In this document: piece by piece, positions 20,632 to 30,029 of the stretch
Layout of the letters: each line of letters begins with the position of its first letter
How positions within the stretch are numbered: position 1 is the first letter of the stretch
NCBI GenBank assembly: GCA_963729625.1
Contig: CAVSOU010000008.1
Span: forward strand, 608,001 to 672,000
Length of the DNA stretch: 64,000 nt
Reading direction: 5' to 3'
Source of the DNA: an uncultured bacterium
Lineage (GTDB): Bacteria; Chloroflexota; UBA5177; JANWHV01
Position numbers and translations under genes: made by a program
Notes under the pieces: model-generated
What the model was told of the DNA's origin: nothing
Databases searched by the model: none
The model's input: only the letters and a program-made list of their open reading frames with translations

Positions 20632-23067
20632 TCACGAGGCAGCAGCCAGGCTGAGCAACAGCGAGTCTGCTTCCTGCCGGTCCATGAGCGTTGCCGTGGG
20701 GTCGGCCAGACGGGCAATGGTCACCTCCACCTGTTTTCCGGCGGCGAGCAAGGCAAAACCTTCGGCACGATACGAATGGTGGGCAGGAAGCACGCTGACC
20801 ACCACGCCGCTCAGGGAAGGCAGCACAGCGGGACTGACGCCCATGCCGGCGAACGGAGCGCTCGCGTGCAGCGCGCGGACTGCATCCGCTTGCAGTTGGG
20901 CGGGCGTGGGAGCCTGCCCATAGTGTCGTGCTGCCAGTGTTATCGTGAGCCGCCCGTCGCGCGAGCTGAATGTGCCTGCAGTGGCTGCATTGTGCCACGA
21001 CAACGGCAGGTCGAAATGCACGTGGGGCAGAGATGCCGGCTTGCTCGGGATGTGCATCGCGGCGATGTCGATCTGCTCGCCCACCATGGTAACGAGGCCA
21101 CCCTGCACGCCAGGCAGCAGGCGCGACAAGGTGCCCAGGGTGACCTGGGCACTGGCGCTGGGGATGGCGAAGCCCAGCGCTGTGGTCGTCGGGCAGACGC
21201 TCTGCGGATCGAGCCTCACGGTGTTAATCCCGATAACCCGGCCCTGCGCATCGAGGAGCGGGCCGCCGCTGTTGCCGTGGGTGATCGATGCGTCGTGCTG
21301 GATCCAGCCCGCGCCGCCACACTTGCCAAGATTACGCCCCGTGGCGTCGATGGTGCCGGTCGTGATCGATGGCGGTCCAAGCAAATCGAAGGCATCGCCG
21401 TAACCGATAGCGACCACCTGTTGCAGCGGGTGAAGCTTCGTGGAATCGCCCCAGCGCAATGGCCGCAAGTTCGTCGGCTGGATCAGAACAAGCGCCAGGT
21501 CGTGCACGGTGCCGTCGCCGGCGCCCGTGCTGAGTAAGCCCACCACCTTGTAGTGCGTGTGGCCGTCGGGAAGGTAGACCGTGAGCATGTCCTTGGTGAC
21601 ACCATCGACGACGTGTTTATTCGTGGCGAGGTAGGTACCGGTAGCGTCGGAGCGAATGACGAACGCGCTGCCTTGCTCGGCCAGGCCGCCGGGCAACAGC
21701 TTCACGACGCGGAGCACGCTCGGCTCGACGCACTGGTCCAACGTGTCGATGGTGACGACCGCGCACGTCGACCCCGGTGGGCTGGGTGCGCGGCCAGGGG
21801 TCGGCGTGGCGCCGAGCGGCGGCAGTACAATTGAACCCGTGGGGGACCCCACGATCGCCATGCTCTTACCATAGCCGGCCCCAATCGCCTGAACCTTACC
21901 AAGTCCGGACACACGCTGCGGGGTGGCATGGCTCGTGGTTGTGGTGTCGCCAAGCTGACCATACTGGTTGTCGCCCCAGGCCCAGACCGAGCCGTCCGCA
22001 GTCAGCGCCAGGCTGTAATCCGTGCCGGCCGCGATCGCCTTCACGCTGCTCAGGCCGGCAATCTGCTGCGGGGTGCTCCGCCGGTAGCCGCCGCTATTGG
22101 GCTCGACGCCAAGCTGGCCCGATTGATTATTGCCCCAGGCCCAGACGTGGCCGCTCATCGTGAGCGCGAGTGCGTGGCCCGCGCCGGCTGCGATTGATCT
22201 CGCACCGCTCAGCCCCGGCACGAGCAGGGGCTTGCTCACGCTGCTACCGGTAATATTGGTGTCCTCACCCAGGTCTCCGTATACATTGTCGCCCCAGGCC
22301 CAGACCGAGCCGTCCGTTGCCACGGCCAGACTGAAGCTGTCGCCGGCCGCGATTGCTCGCACCGCGGGAAGCCCGGCTACTTGCCGCGGGCTGCTGCGCC
22401 TGTTGATCGTGGCGTTTGGGACGCCAAGCTCGCCGTATTCGTTGTCGCCCCAGGCCCAGACCGTACCGTCGAGCTTGAGCGCCAGGCCAAAGCCGGTACC
22501 GGCTGCTATGGCCCGGACGCCGTTCAGCCCGGGTATGCGCTGGGGGCTGGTTATCCTGTATGCGGTCGTGGGGTCGACGCCTATCTGGCCATTTTGGTTC
22601 TCCCCCCAGGCCCAAACCAAGCCATCCGCAGTCAGCGCCAGGTTGAACAGGTCGCCGGCGGCGACTGCGCGCACGTTTTTCGGACCGGGCACCTGCTGTG
22701 GAACGCCAAATCCGCTGACATTAGCGCCGAGACCCAGTTGACCATAGCTATTGTTGCCCCAGGTCCACACTGAGCCGTCTGCGGTGAGCGCCAGGCTGTG
22801 ACTGCTGCCGGCAGTGATGGCGCGCACGCCGCTCAGGCCAGGCACATGCCACGGGCTGAGCCGGCTGGTGGTGGTCCCGTCGGCGAGCTCGCCGCTGCCG
22901 TTGTATCCCCACACCCATGCGGTCGCCCCGGGTGCCGCCTGGCCAACGGAGCGCGTGGCCGACGCCTGTGCCGCGCCGGTGAGCGGCGGAGCAGCCGGCG
23001 CCAGCAGGATCAGCGCGCAGAGCGACGCAATACGTGCGAGAAACGCGGGACGACGTGATCTTCGCAT
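20632..23067 (-). CDS. Secreted RCC1-repeat beta-propeller + trypsin-like serine protease + C-terminal domain
   Basis: Signal peptide; seven (V/A)W.WG.N..G.L repeats; catalytic triad TNKHVV / HDLAL / GNSGGPL. Confidence 0.88.
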   Translation of the reverse strand: MRRSRRPAFLARIASLCALILLAPAAPPLTGAAQASATRSVGQAAPGATAWVWGYNGSGELADGTTTSRLSPWHVPGLSGVRAITAGSSHSLALTADGSVWTWGNNSYGQLGLGANVSGFGVPQQVPGPKNVRAVAAGDLFNLALTADGLVWAWGENQNGQIGVDPTTAYRITSPQRIPGLNGVRAIAAGTGFGLALKLDGTVWAWGDNEYGELGVPNATINRRSSPRQVAGLPAVRAIAAGDSFSLAVATDGSVWAWGDNVYGDLGEDTNITGSSVSKPLLVPGLSGARSIAAGAGHALALTMSGHVWAWGNNQSGQLGVEPNSGGYRRSTPQQIAGLSSVKAIAAGTDYSLALTADGSVWAWGDNQYGQLGDTTTTSHATPQRVSGLGKVQAIGAGYGKSMAIVGSPTGSIVLPPLGATPTPGRAPSPPGSTCAVVTIDTLDQCVEPSVLRVVKLLPGGLAEQGSAFVIRSDATGTYLATNKHVVDGVTKDMLTVYLPDGHTHYKVVGLLSTGAGDGTVHDLALVLIQPTNLRPLRWGDSTKLHPLQQVVAIGYGDAFDLLGPPSITTGTIDATGRNLGKCGGAGWIQHDASITHGNSGGPLLDAQGRVIGINTVRLDPQSVCPTTTALGFAIPSASAQVTLGTLSRLLPGVQGGLVTMVGEQIDIAAMHIPSKPASLPHVHFDLPLSWHNAATAGTFSSRDGRLTITLAARHYGQAPTPAQLQADAVRALHASAPFAGMGVSPAVLPSLSGVVVSVLPAHHSYRAEGFALLAAGKQVEVTIARLADPTATLMDRQEADSLLLSLAAAS

Positions 23068-23541
23068 GGCAGCACACCTTTCAGCCGGCACGCACTGGTT
23101 GCAGACGACGTTGCCGAGGGTTGCGCGATTTCGATCGCTCGCACGGACGAGGATGCTCGTAGTTCCGCGTATCGCTGTTGAGAAGGTATCGTTCGCAAGA
23201 GTCTCCCCTCATTATGTTTCGCACGTACTTACTTGTAAAGCTGTGCCAGCTGGCCGGGCAGGGTCTGCGCATAACCAAGGAGCCTTCGCTTGAAAGCGGA
23301 TCGCAGGGTGCTCGCCGGATGAATCCGGCTGCGGCGGTTGCCGGTTTGTGGCAATGAGCGCTCAATCCCCATCGCTTTGGCGCATCCACTACAGGCGTAG
23401 GACTTCACTCAGCACGTAAGGCTACTGGATTTCGAAGACGCTCTCTCGACATAACAGGGCCGTTTGCCGCAGCATAGGTGTGCCCAGGACAATACGATCA
23501 CGGACTGGTAGAAAGCGCGACGACTGGAGGCCACGTCTTCA

Positions 23542-24390
23542 ATGGATTTCTCCGATGTGACCGCGTACATCCCGGGCTGGCGAGGATGGCTGCGCAGGCA
23601 TGCCGGCGCGGTGCGAGAACTGCCGGTTGGCGCCCGCCTGTTCCCCGCGCACCCTTTCCTGCGCATCGCTCATCGCGGTGCGGCCGCGCTCGAGCCGGAG
23701 AACAGCCTGCGCGGAATCGAGGCGGCGCTTCGCTACGGAGTGGAGATGGTAGAGGTCGACGTACGGCCCTGCGCCGATGGCACGCTCGTGCTCAGCCACG
23801 ATGACGACCTCCAGCGGATGACCCGACACCGCGGAAGCGTGGGCGCCAGCACGCTCGCAGCATTGAAGACCCTGGATATCGGCAAGGGAGAACGTATACC
23901 GACGCTCGAAGAGGCCCTCGACCTCATGCACGGACGTGTATTGGTCAACCTCGACCTGAAACGGGACAGCGCGGGACCGAGGCTGCTGAGCGCCATTGAT
24001 CGGGCAGGAAGTCGCGAGGAGACGATGCTCTCGGGCGGCGCCAGGCGAGCGTTCGCGGCGTTTCGCGAGCTGGCTCCGTCCATTCACAGCGCCTGCAGCC
24101 TCGACGCAACCTGGTCCGACCTCCCTTGCCGCGTCCTCGGACGCTACACGCCTGCTGGCGCCCGGGGTCAGGCCGGCTGGATCTTGCGTGCCACGCGCGC
24201 GGCGAACGCGGACAGCGCCACGCTCGACTGGCATCTTGCCGCGCCGGCCGTCGTGGATCTCCTGCATCGCGCGGACTTGCCGGTTCTCACGTGGACAGTT
24301 GACGACCTGCCCACGTTGAAGGCGCTACGCCTGGCCGGCGTGGACGGTGTGACGAGCAATCGGCCGGATCTGCTGGCGCAACTCGCATAA
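23542..24390 (+). CDS. Glycerophosphodiester phosphodiesterase
   Basis: IAHRG...PENS, VEVDV, SHD, IPTLEE, WTVD and GVDGVTSNRP motifs. Confidence 0.92.
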   Translation: MDFSDVTAYIPGWRGWLRRHAGAVRELPVGARLFPAHPFLRIAHRGAAALEPENSLRGIEAALRYGVEMVEVDVRPCADGTLVLSHDDDLQRMTRHRGSVGASTLAALKTLDIGKGERIPTLEEALDLMHGRVLVNLDLKRDSAGPRLLSAIDRAGSREETMLSGGARRAFAAFRELAPSIHSACSLDATWSDLPCRVLGRYTPAGARGQAGWILRATRAANADSATLDWHLAAPAVVDLLHRADLPVLTWTVDDLPTLKALRLAGVDGVTSNRPDLLAQLA

Positions 24391-24529
24391 GGTGCATGTC
24401 CGAAAACCGCTAGCCTGGGTGCGGGATGGGGCCTACACTCATAGTAGTGGCTCCGAGCCAAGCTCGAGGATGTCGAGCTCGTTCGACGGGGTTGCACCCG
24501 GTCCTAGTTCCAGCAAAGGCGGCGAGCGC

Positions 24530-26014
24530 ATGCTCCTAGATTTTGATGCGTGCTACAGGGCGATGTGTAGCCGCGATTCACGCTTCGACGGCCGGTTCTT
24601 CACCGGCGTCACCACGACCGGCATCTACTGCAGGCCGATTTGCCCAGCCCAGACGCCAAAAGCCGCTAACGTGCAGTTCTACATCTGCGCCGCCGCGGCA
24701 GAGGCCGCGGGATTCCGCGCCTGCAGACGGTGCCGCCCGGAGACGAGTCCCGGATCGCCTGACTGGAACGTTCGCGCAGATCTTGTGGCCAGGGCGCTGC
24801 GCTTGATTGCCGGGGGCGTGGCCGACACGGAGGGTGTCGACGGGCTCGCAAAGAGGTTGGCGGTCAGTCCCCGCCATCTCCACCGTGAACTGCTGGCGGA
24901 AGTCGGCGCGGGTCCGCTAGCGCTCGCCAGAACGAGGCGCGCGCAGACCGCGCGCCTGCTCATAGATCAGACCACGCTGCCGCTCACGACGGTGGCGTTC
25001 TCAGCAGGCTTCGACAGCATCCGCCAGTTCAATGACACCATGCGGGCTTCGTTCGGCTGCACGCCGTCGGAGCTGCGCAAGCAGGCACGTCCCGCGCTGG
25101 CGGGCGCAGGTGAGATCGTTCTGCGCTTGCGCTACCGCCCGCCTGTTGGCGCCGAAGCGCTGCTTGCGTTCCTCGGTGCACGAGCGATCCCTGGAGTCGA
25201 GGCGGTAACGGACGGCACATATCGGAGGACACTGATCATGCCGCGCACGCGTGGCGTCGTAACCCTGGAGCCTTTGCCCAAGGCGAATATGGTGGCGCTG
25301 CGGCTCGGCTTCGAGGACCTCACTGAACTGCCGCTGATCGTACAACGAAGCCGGCAGCTATTCGATCTGGACGCCGATCCGGCGGCAATCGGAGATGTGC
25401 TTGGCTCGGATCCAGTGCTCCGGCCCCTGGTCGCCGCGCAGCCGGGGCTACGGGTGCCGGGCACAATGGATGGGTTCGAACTGGCAGTACGCGCCGTTCT
25501 TGGCCAACAGATCTCGGTGCCTGGCGCGCGTACGCTGGCGGCACGACTCACTGTTCGGCTGGGAGAACCGTTACCAGCCCCGGTCGGGGTGCTCACCCAC
25601 TACTTCCCCAGTGCCGCGGCAGTGGCGGACGGCGATCTCCTGGGACTCGGTCTCACTGAAGCCCGTATCGCCAGCCTGCGCGCGCTTGGTCGCGCCGTCG
25701 CCATGGGCGAGATCGTGCTCGATCACGGCGCCGATCGCACGCAGACAATTGGACGGCTGATGGCACTGCCCGGGGTCGGGCCGTGGACCGCATCCTACAT
25801 CGCGCTGCGCGCCCTCGGCGACCCCGACGCGTTTCCTGCCACCGACCTGGGCCTGCGCCATGCGGTGGAGCGGCTGGGGAGACCCACCGATCCCAGGAGC
25901 ATGGCTGGCATAGCCGAAGCATGGCGCCCGTGGCGAGGCTATGCGGCGCTCCATCTGTGGAGCAGCCTCACGAGCTCTCGTATTGAAACACCAGACAGAC
26001 AGAGGGACAAATGA
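24530..26014 (+). CDS. alkA: Ada-AlkA fusion (Ada Zn domain, AraC HTH, 3-methyladenine DNA glycosylase II)
   Basis: TTGIYCRPIC, FRACRRC, LPGVGPWTA (HhH), DAFPATD and WRPWRGYA motifs. Confidence 0.93.
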   Translation: MLLDFDACYRAMCSRDSRFDGRFFTGVTTTGIYCRPICPAQTPKAANVQFYICAAAAEAAGFRACRRCRPETSPGSPDWNVRADLVARALRLIAGGVADTEGVDGLAKRLAVSPRHLHRELLAEVGAGPLALARTRRAQTARLLIDQTTLPLTTVAFSAGFDSIRQFNDTMRASFGCTPSELRKQARPALAGAGEIVLRLRYRPPVGAEALLAFLGARAIPGVEAVTDGTYRRTLIMPRTRGVVTLEPLPKANMVALRLGFEDLTELPLIVQRSRQLFDLDADPAAIGDVLGSDPVLRPLVAAQPGLRVPGTMDGFELAVRAVLGQQISVPGARTLAARLTVRLGEPLPAPVGVLTHYFPSAAAVADGDLLGLGLTEARIASLRALGRAVAMGEIVLDHGADRTQTIGRLMALPGVGPWTASYIALRALGDPDAFPATDLGLRHAVERLGRPTDPRSMAGIAEAWRPWRGYAALHLWSSLTSSRIETPDRQRDK

Positions 26015-26523
26015 CGATGAACAGACTCTATAGTGCCACACTCTCGACACCCGTTGGACCGTTCATGATGCTTGCCGGCGACGACGGCGTGTACGCCGCG
26101 GGCTTCACCGATAGCGCTGCGGAGCTACTCCCCCTGATCGGCAACGGGCACTTGGCAGGTGACATTCCTGCCTTGCATGACCTGAGCGAGCACTCGCGCG
26201 CGGTGAAGGCATACTTGGACGGCGATCTCGGCGCCATCGATGCGATCCCCGTCGTACAACACGGCTCGCCCTACCTGTTAGCGGCCTGGAGCACGCTCCG
26301 GACGATTCCAGCCGGCTCCGCGATCACCTACCGCGCGCTGGCCGCCCGCCTGGGCAACGCCGCGGCACCCCGCGCCGCCGGGTCCGCCTGCGGGCGAAAC
26401 GCAGTCGCGCTGATCGTGCCCTGCCACCGCGTCGTCCGCTCGAACGGCGGTCTCGGCGGCTTCGCCTGGGGCTTGCCACGGAAGCGCTGGCTGCTCGACC
26501 ATGAAAAGAGAACCTCGAGCTAG
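26011..26523 (+). CDS. ogt: Methylated-DNA--protein-cysteine methyltransferase
   Basis: IVPCHRVV active-site motif; ATGA overlap with alkA. Confidence 0.93.
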   Translation: MTMNRLYSATLSTPVGPFMMLAGDDGVYAAGFTDSAAELLPLIGNGHLAGDIPALHDLSEHSRAVKAYLDGDLGAIDAIPVVQHGSPYLLAAWSTLRTIPAGSAITYRALAARLGNAAAPRAAGSACGRNAVALIVPCHRVVRSNGGLGGFAWGLPRKRWLLDHEKRTSS

Positions 26524-26679
26524 CACATCCTCCTTGAACCGTGCGCGCTCAGCGGATACGCTGGCCAATGGTGCTCGCCCCGGTTGCCTTCTGACCGGGC
26601 GGTTCCGGGCTCGTGCAGTGTGTCCACGGCACGGATCGCGTGCCGTCGAGGCTTCTCGGTAGTGTGACCCAGGTGCGAC

Positions 26680-27948
26680 GTGGACATGCACGCTCTCGGG
26701 GTCGGATCCGACGAACTCAGGCTTGACGAGGATCTGCCATCACGGCGGCAGGTACTGCTGGCTGCCTATTGGTTCTCGTTGAGCTTTCAGGGTGGAGCGC
26801 TGCTCGGGCTTGCCGTTCCGCAGCAGCTCACCGATCTCAGCACGGCGGCACAGGCCACGACACTGCTGGCGCTACTGGGCGGGGCGGCAGGCCTGGTGAT
26901 CATGGTTGTACAGCCGATAGCCGGCGCCCTGAGCGATCTGTCGTCGAGCACGTGGGGCAGGCGACGTCCCTTTGTGATCGGGGGCGCCCTGATCGACGTG
27001 GTCGGGCTCCTTGCCATGGCCCAGGCGGCGAACCTGCCGGCACTCTTCATCGGTTTTATGCTGGCGGGCTTCGGCGCTGCGGTGAGCGGTGCGGCCTATC
27101 AAGCGTACATTCCCGATCACGTGCCGCCACGGCAATATGGAGAAGCCTCGGGTTATCTGGGCGCCATGAGCATGCTTGGTACGATTACCAGCTTTGGCTT
27201 TGCCGCCATCATTATCACGCCGCAGCACGAAGCCGGCTTCTACGTGCTCAATGCGACGCTGATTGCTGCGGGAGCCTCGCTCACCGCGTGGCGATTGCCC
27301 GACCCGTTGCCCAGTACGAGCGCGAGGCCGGTCGTGCATAACTGGCGCGCGCTGTGGTTGGAGCCGTGGCGCAACCCCGACTTCTCGTGGGTGTTTGCTA
27401 CGCGCACGATGATGATGATCGCGCTCTACACCCTCTTTACGTTCGTCGCGTTCTACGTGCGGGACGTCGTGCACGTGACAGCATTCGTGGAGGGTGCGGC
27501 GATTCTCGCGGGCGTGGCCACCGTGGCAGCCCTGTTCAGCGGCATCGTGACGGGCATCCTGTCCGATCGCATCGGCCGGCGTGTTTTGGTAAGCATTGCC
27601 AGTGTCTTGATGTCCAGCGCTCTATGCGGTCTCGCGTTCCTGCACGATCTCAACATGGTGCTGGCGTTGGGTGTCGTCTTTGGCTTTGCGCTCGGTACGT
27701 ACATGGCGGTGGACTGGGCCCTGGCAGTCGACGTATTGCCACACGAGGGGTTCGCGGCAAAAGACCTCGGCCTGTGGGGACTCTCGACCAATCTGCCGCA
27801 GACCGTGGCGCCGTTTCTCGGTGGCGCCGTCTTGCTGGCCTTCTCGCCCCTTGGAAAAGCGGGCAGCTACGGCATTTTGTTCCTCGGCGCTTCCGTGTGC
27901 GCGGCGGCGAGCGGTGTCTTTGTCTGGCAGGTCCGCGGTGTCCGCTAG
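26680..27948 (+). CDS. MFS transporter
   Basis: About 12 TM helices; GALSD...GRRRP and GILSDRIGRR motif A. Confidence 0.9.
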   Translation: MDMHALGVGSDELRLDEDLPSRRQVLLAAYWFSLSFQGGALLGLAVPQQLTDLSTAAQATTLLALLGGAAGLVIMVVQPIAGALSDLSSSTWGRRRPFVIGGALIDVVGLLAMAQAANLPALFIGFMLAGFGAAVSGAAYQAYIPDHVPPRQYGEASGYLGAMSMLGTITSFGFAAIIITPQHEAGFYVLNATLIAAGASLTAWRLPDPLPSTSARPVVHNWRALWLEPWRNPDFSWVFATRTMMMIALYTLFTFVAFYVRDVVHVTAFVEGAAILAGVATVAALFSGIVTGILSDRIGRRVLVSIASVLMSSALCGLAFLHDLNMVLALGVVFGFALGTYMAVDWALAVDVLPHEGFAAKDLGLWGLSTNLPQTVAPFLGGAVLLAFSPLGKAGSYGILFLGASVCAAASGVFVWQVRGVR

Positions 27949-28690
27949 CAGTGCAACGAAGCGTGTTGTCGTTTCGATCCACGATGTTGCGCCCTCGCAC
28001 GTCGACGACCTCCGCTATCTGCTGGACGCCTGCGATGCAGCCGGTGCGCGGCCCCGCGTGCTGAAGGTGATCCCAAATGAAGGTGGCCGCCAGGACATTC
28101 GCGCGCATCCCAAGTTTGTCGATCTGCTGCGCGCCGAGGCACGGGCCGGATCCGAGATCGTGCTGCACGGCTACACCCACGTTGCGGCGGGAACGATCGC
28201 GGGCTGGAGGCCAGCCAGCGTGCGCGCTCGTCTGTTCGCGCCGACAGCGGCCGAGTTCTTCACTATCGACGGCCCCGAGATGGCGGCGCGTCTGACGGCG
28301 GGGCGGCGCATCCTGTCGGAGGCCGGTCTCGAGGTGCGTGGCTTCTGCGCGCCGGCGTGGCTGGCAACATCAGAGCTTCCGCTTCAGCTCCGGCGCTGTG
28401 AATTCCACTACCTTGTCTCCATGGCATGGGTGCGCGATGTCGTCTCGGGCAAGCGTCTGTTCACGTCCTGGCAAGGATACATGGGCGCGGGCAGCGGGCA
28501 GGAGAGCCTTATCAGGCTGGGAAGCTGGGGCTGCATGCGACTGCCTTCGCGCGCCGGGGCAGTCAAGGTGTTCCTGCATCCCCAGGGCGCGCGCACGTCC
28601 GCGGACTGCCGGCGAACGTTGCGAGACATGGGTGCGCTAGTACAGCGGCGCACGTGCGTCACTTTTAGGGATCTCGTTGATACGCTGTGA
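27938..28690 (+). CDS. DUF2334/NodB-type polysaccharide deacetylase
   Basis: VSIHDVAP, VLHGYTH, GFCAPAW and FLHP motifs; GTG start overlaps the MFS end. Confidence 0.8.
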   Translation: MSASSATKRVVVSIHDVAPSHVDDLRYLLDACDAAGARPRVLKVIPNEGGRQDIRAHPKFVDLLRAEARAGSEIVLHGYTHVAAGTIAGWRPASVRARLFAPTAAEFFTIDGPEMAARLTAGRRILSEAGLEVRGFCAPAWLATSELPLQLRRCEFHYLVSMAWVRDVVSGKRLFTSWQGYMGAGSGQESLIRLGSWGCMRLPSRAGAVKVFLHPQGARTSADCRRTLRDMGALVQRRTCVTFRDLVDTL

Positions 28691-28842
28691 CCTGATCGGC
28701 ACCCCGCCACCGTTCCGCGACACGTGCGTCCCCGATGAAGCCCGCTCCTCCACTTGTCAGGATGTCGCGGTGGGATCGTTATCGGAGTGCAGAATCCCAG
28801 AGATCGTGTACGTGGGAAGGGCGCGCACGTGGAGCAGACAAA

Positions 28843-29763
28843 CTACGCGCTGCCGAGCAGGTCCGGTTTATGCGGGCGTATGCACGTGAGCTGGCGCGGA
28901 GGACCCCAGCCGGGACGAGCGCCGACGAAGGCGATCTTCGGCCAGCGCAAGAGTAACAGCGCGATGAGGAAAGCCAGAACCGTTATCACCAATGCCGCCA
29001 GGCAGTCGAACATGTAGTGATTACCGGTGACCATGACGGAGATGGCCATCAGGAACGGATGTGCGAGGCCGAATAGGCGAATGATCGGTTGTCTGGCGAC
29101 GAAGGCCACGGTAAGACCGGCGATGAGTGCCCAGACAATATGGAGGCTTGGCACGGCAGCGTACCGGTCGAAGCTGAGGTTGACTCCCCCGGACGAAAAG
29201 ACCGTATCCACGAAGTGGAAGGGACGGCCGTCGAAGCTCAGACTGGTCGCCAGGCGGGGCGGAGCGGTAGGGAAGATGTTGTAGGTCAGCACCGAGAGTG
29301 CTGTGGCTATCGCGAAGATGTTGCGCACGAATGGATAAAGCTGCGGCCGGCGCCAGTAGAGCCATGCGACGACCAGCGCGGTCACCAGGCCGTGAGCGAT
29401 GCCGTAGAGTGAGTTGAATACGACGACGACATGCGGCCAGGTGATGGCCAGGCCGAGAACGTGGTGGGTTTGCTCAAAGAAGCGCTGCAGTGACGGCTCT
29501 ACCCACAGGCCGTGATCCTGCTCGAAGTCCATCACCCACACGGCATGCGCCTGCGTCGGGCCGGTGGCGCGCGGAAAGACCAAGCCGCGCAGCAGGTCGT
29601 CGCTCACCTCGATGCAACTTACGAGCACTACCTGGATCAGGAGGAACGACCATTCCTTCCAGGTTGGAAAAGCAGGACGGCTGGCAGGGGGTAGGAGCGC
29701 CGGTCGCACGGGCGCGTCCGGTGTGGGTCCGGGAAGGCTGTCGGGTCGCAGTGAAGGGCGCAT
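28843..29763 (-). CDS. PAP2-superfamily membrane enzyme (PAP2_3, Aur1/IPC-synthase-like)
   Basis: PTAPPRL, AAVPSLH and TGNHYMFD motifs. Confidence 0.85.
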   Translation of the reverse strand: MRPSLRPDSLPGPTPDAPVRPALLPPASRPAFPTWKEWSFLLIQVVLVSCIEVSDDLLRGLVFPRATGPTQAHAVWVMDFEQDHGLWVEPSLQRFFEQTHHVLGLAITWPHVVVVFNSLYGIAHGLVTALVVAWLYWRRPQLYPFVRNIFAIATALSVLTYNIFPTAPPRLATSLSFDGRPFHFVDTVFSSGGVNLSFDRYAAVPSLHIVWALIAGLTVAFVARQPIIRLFGLAHPFLMAISVMVTGNHYMFDCLAALVITVLAFLIALLLLRWPKIAFVGARPGWGPPRQLTCIRPHKPDLLGSA

Positions 29764-30029
29764 GAGGTCCCGGCTAACAAGAACTTCATCGTATCAGTAT
29801 GGCGAGAACCATGCTCCGCTATTGTATCAGCGTTCCCGTTTAGAGTTTCGCGTGACGCAGGCGTATTTCCGACCATGCGCGTCACAAAGGTTGTGAGACA
29901 AGGTTTAATCCTGCCCAGTGGGCGGAATGCAGAAAAGAGCGGTAACCTAGGTACGAGCTGAAGAGATACCGTGACTCCTCCAGTTCCGTTTTGACGCTGG
30001 ATAGATAACGTTTGGGGTGAGCTCAAGAA

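Noticed and set aside
21900-22920. Recurrent GCCCCAGGCCCAGAC DNA motif
   Set aside because: Explained by the VWAWG motif of the RCC1 repeats.
24530-26523. ada/alkA-ogt pair as a novel system
   Set aside because: This is the well-known adaptive response to alkylation damage.
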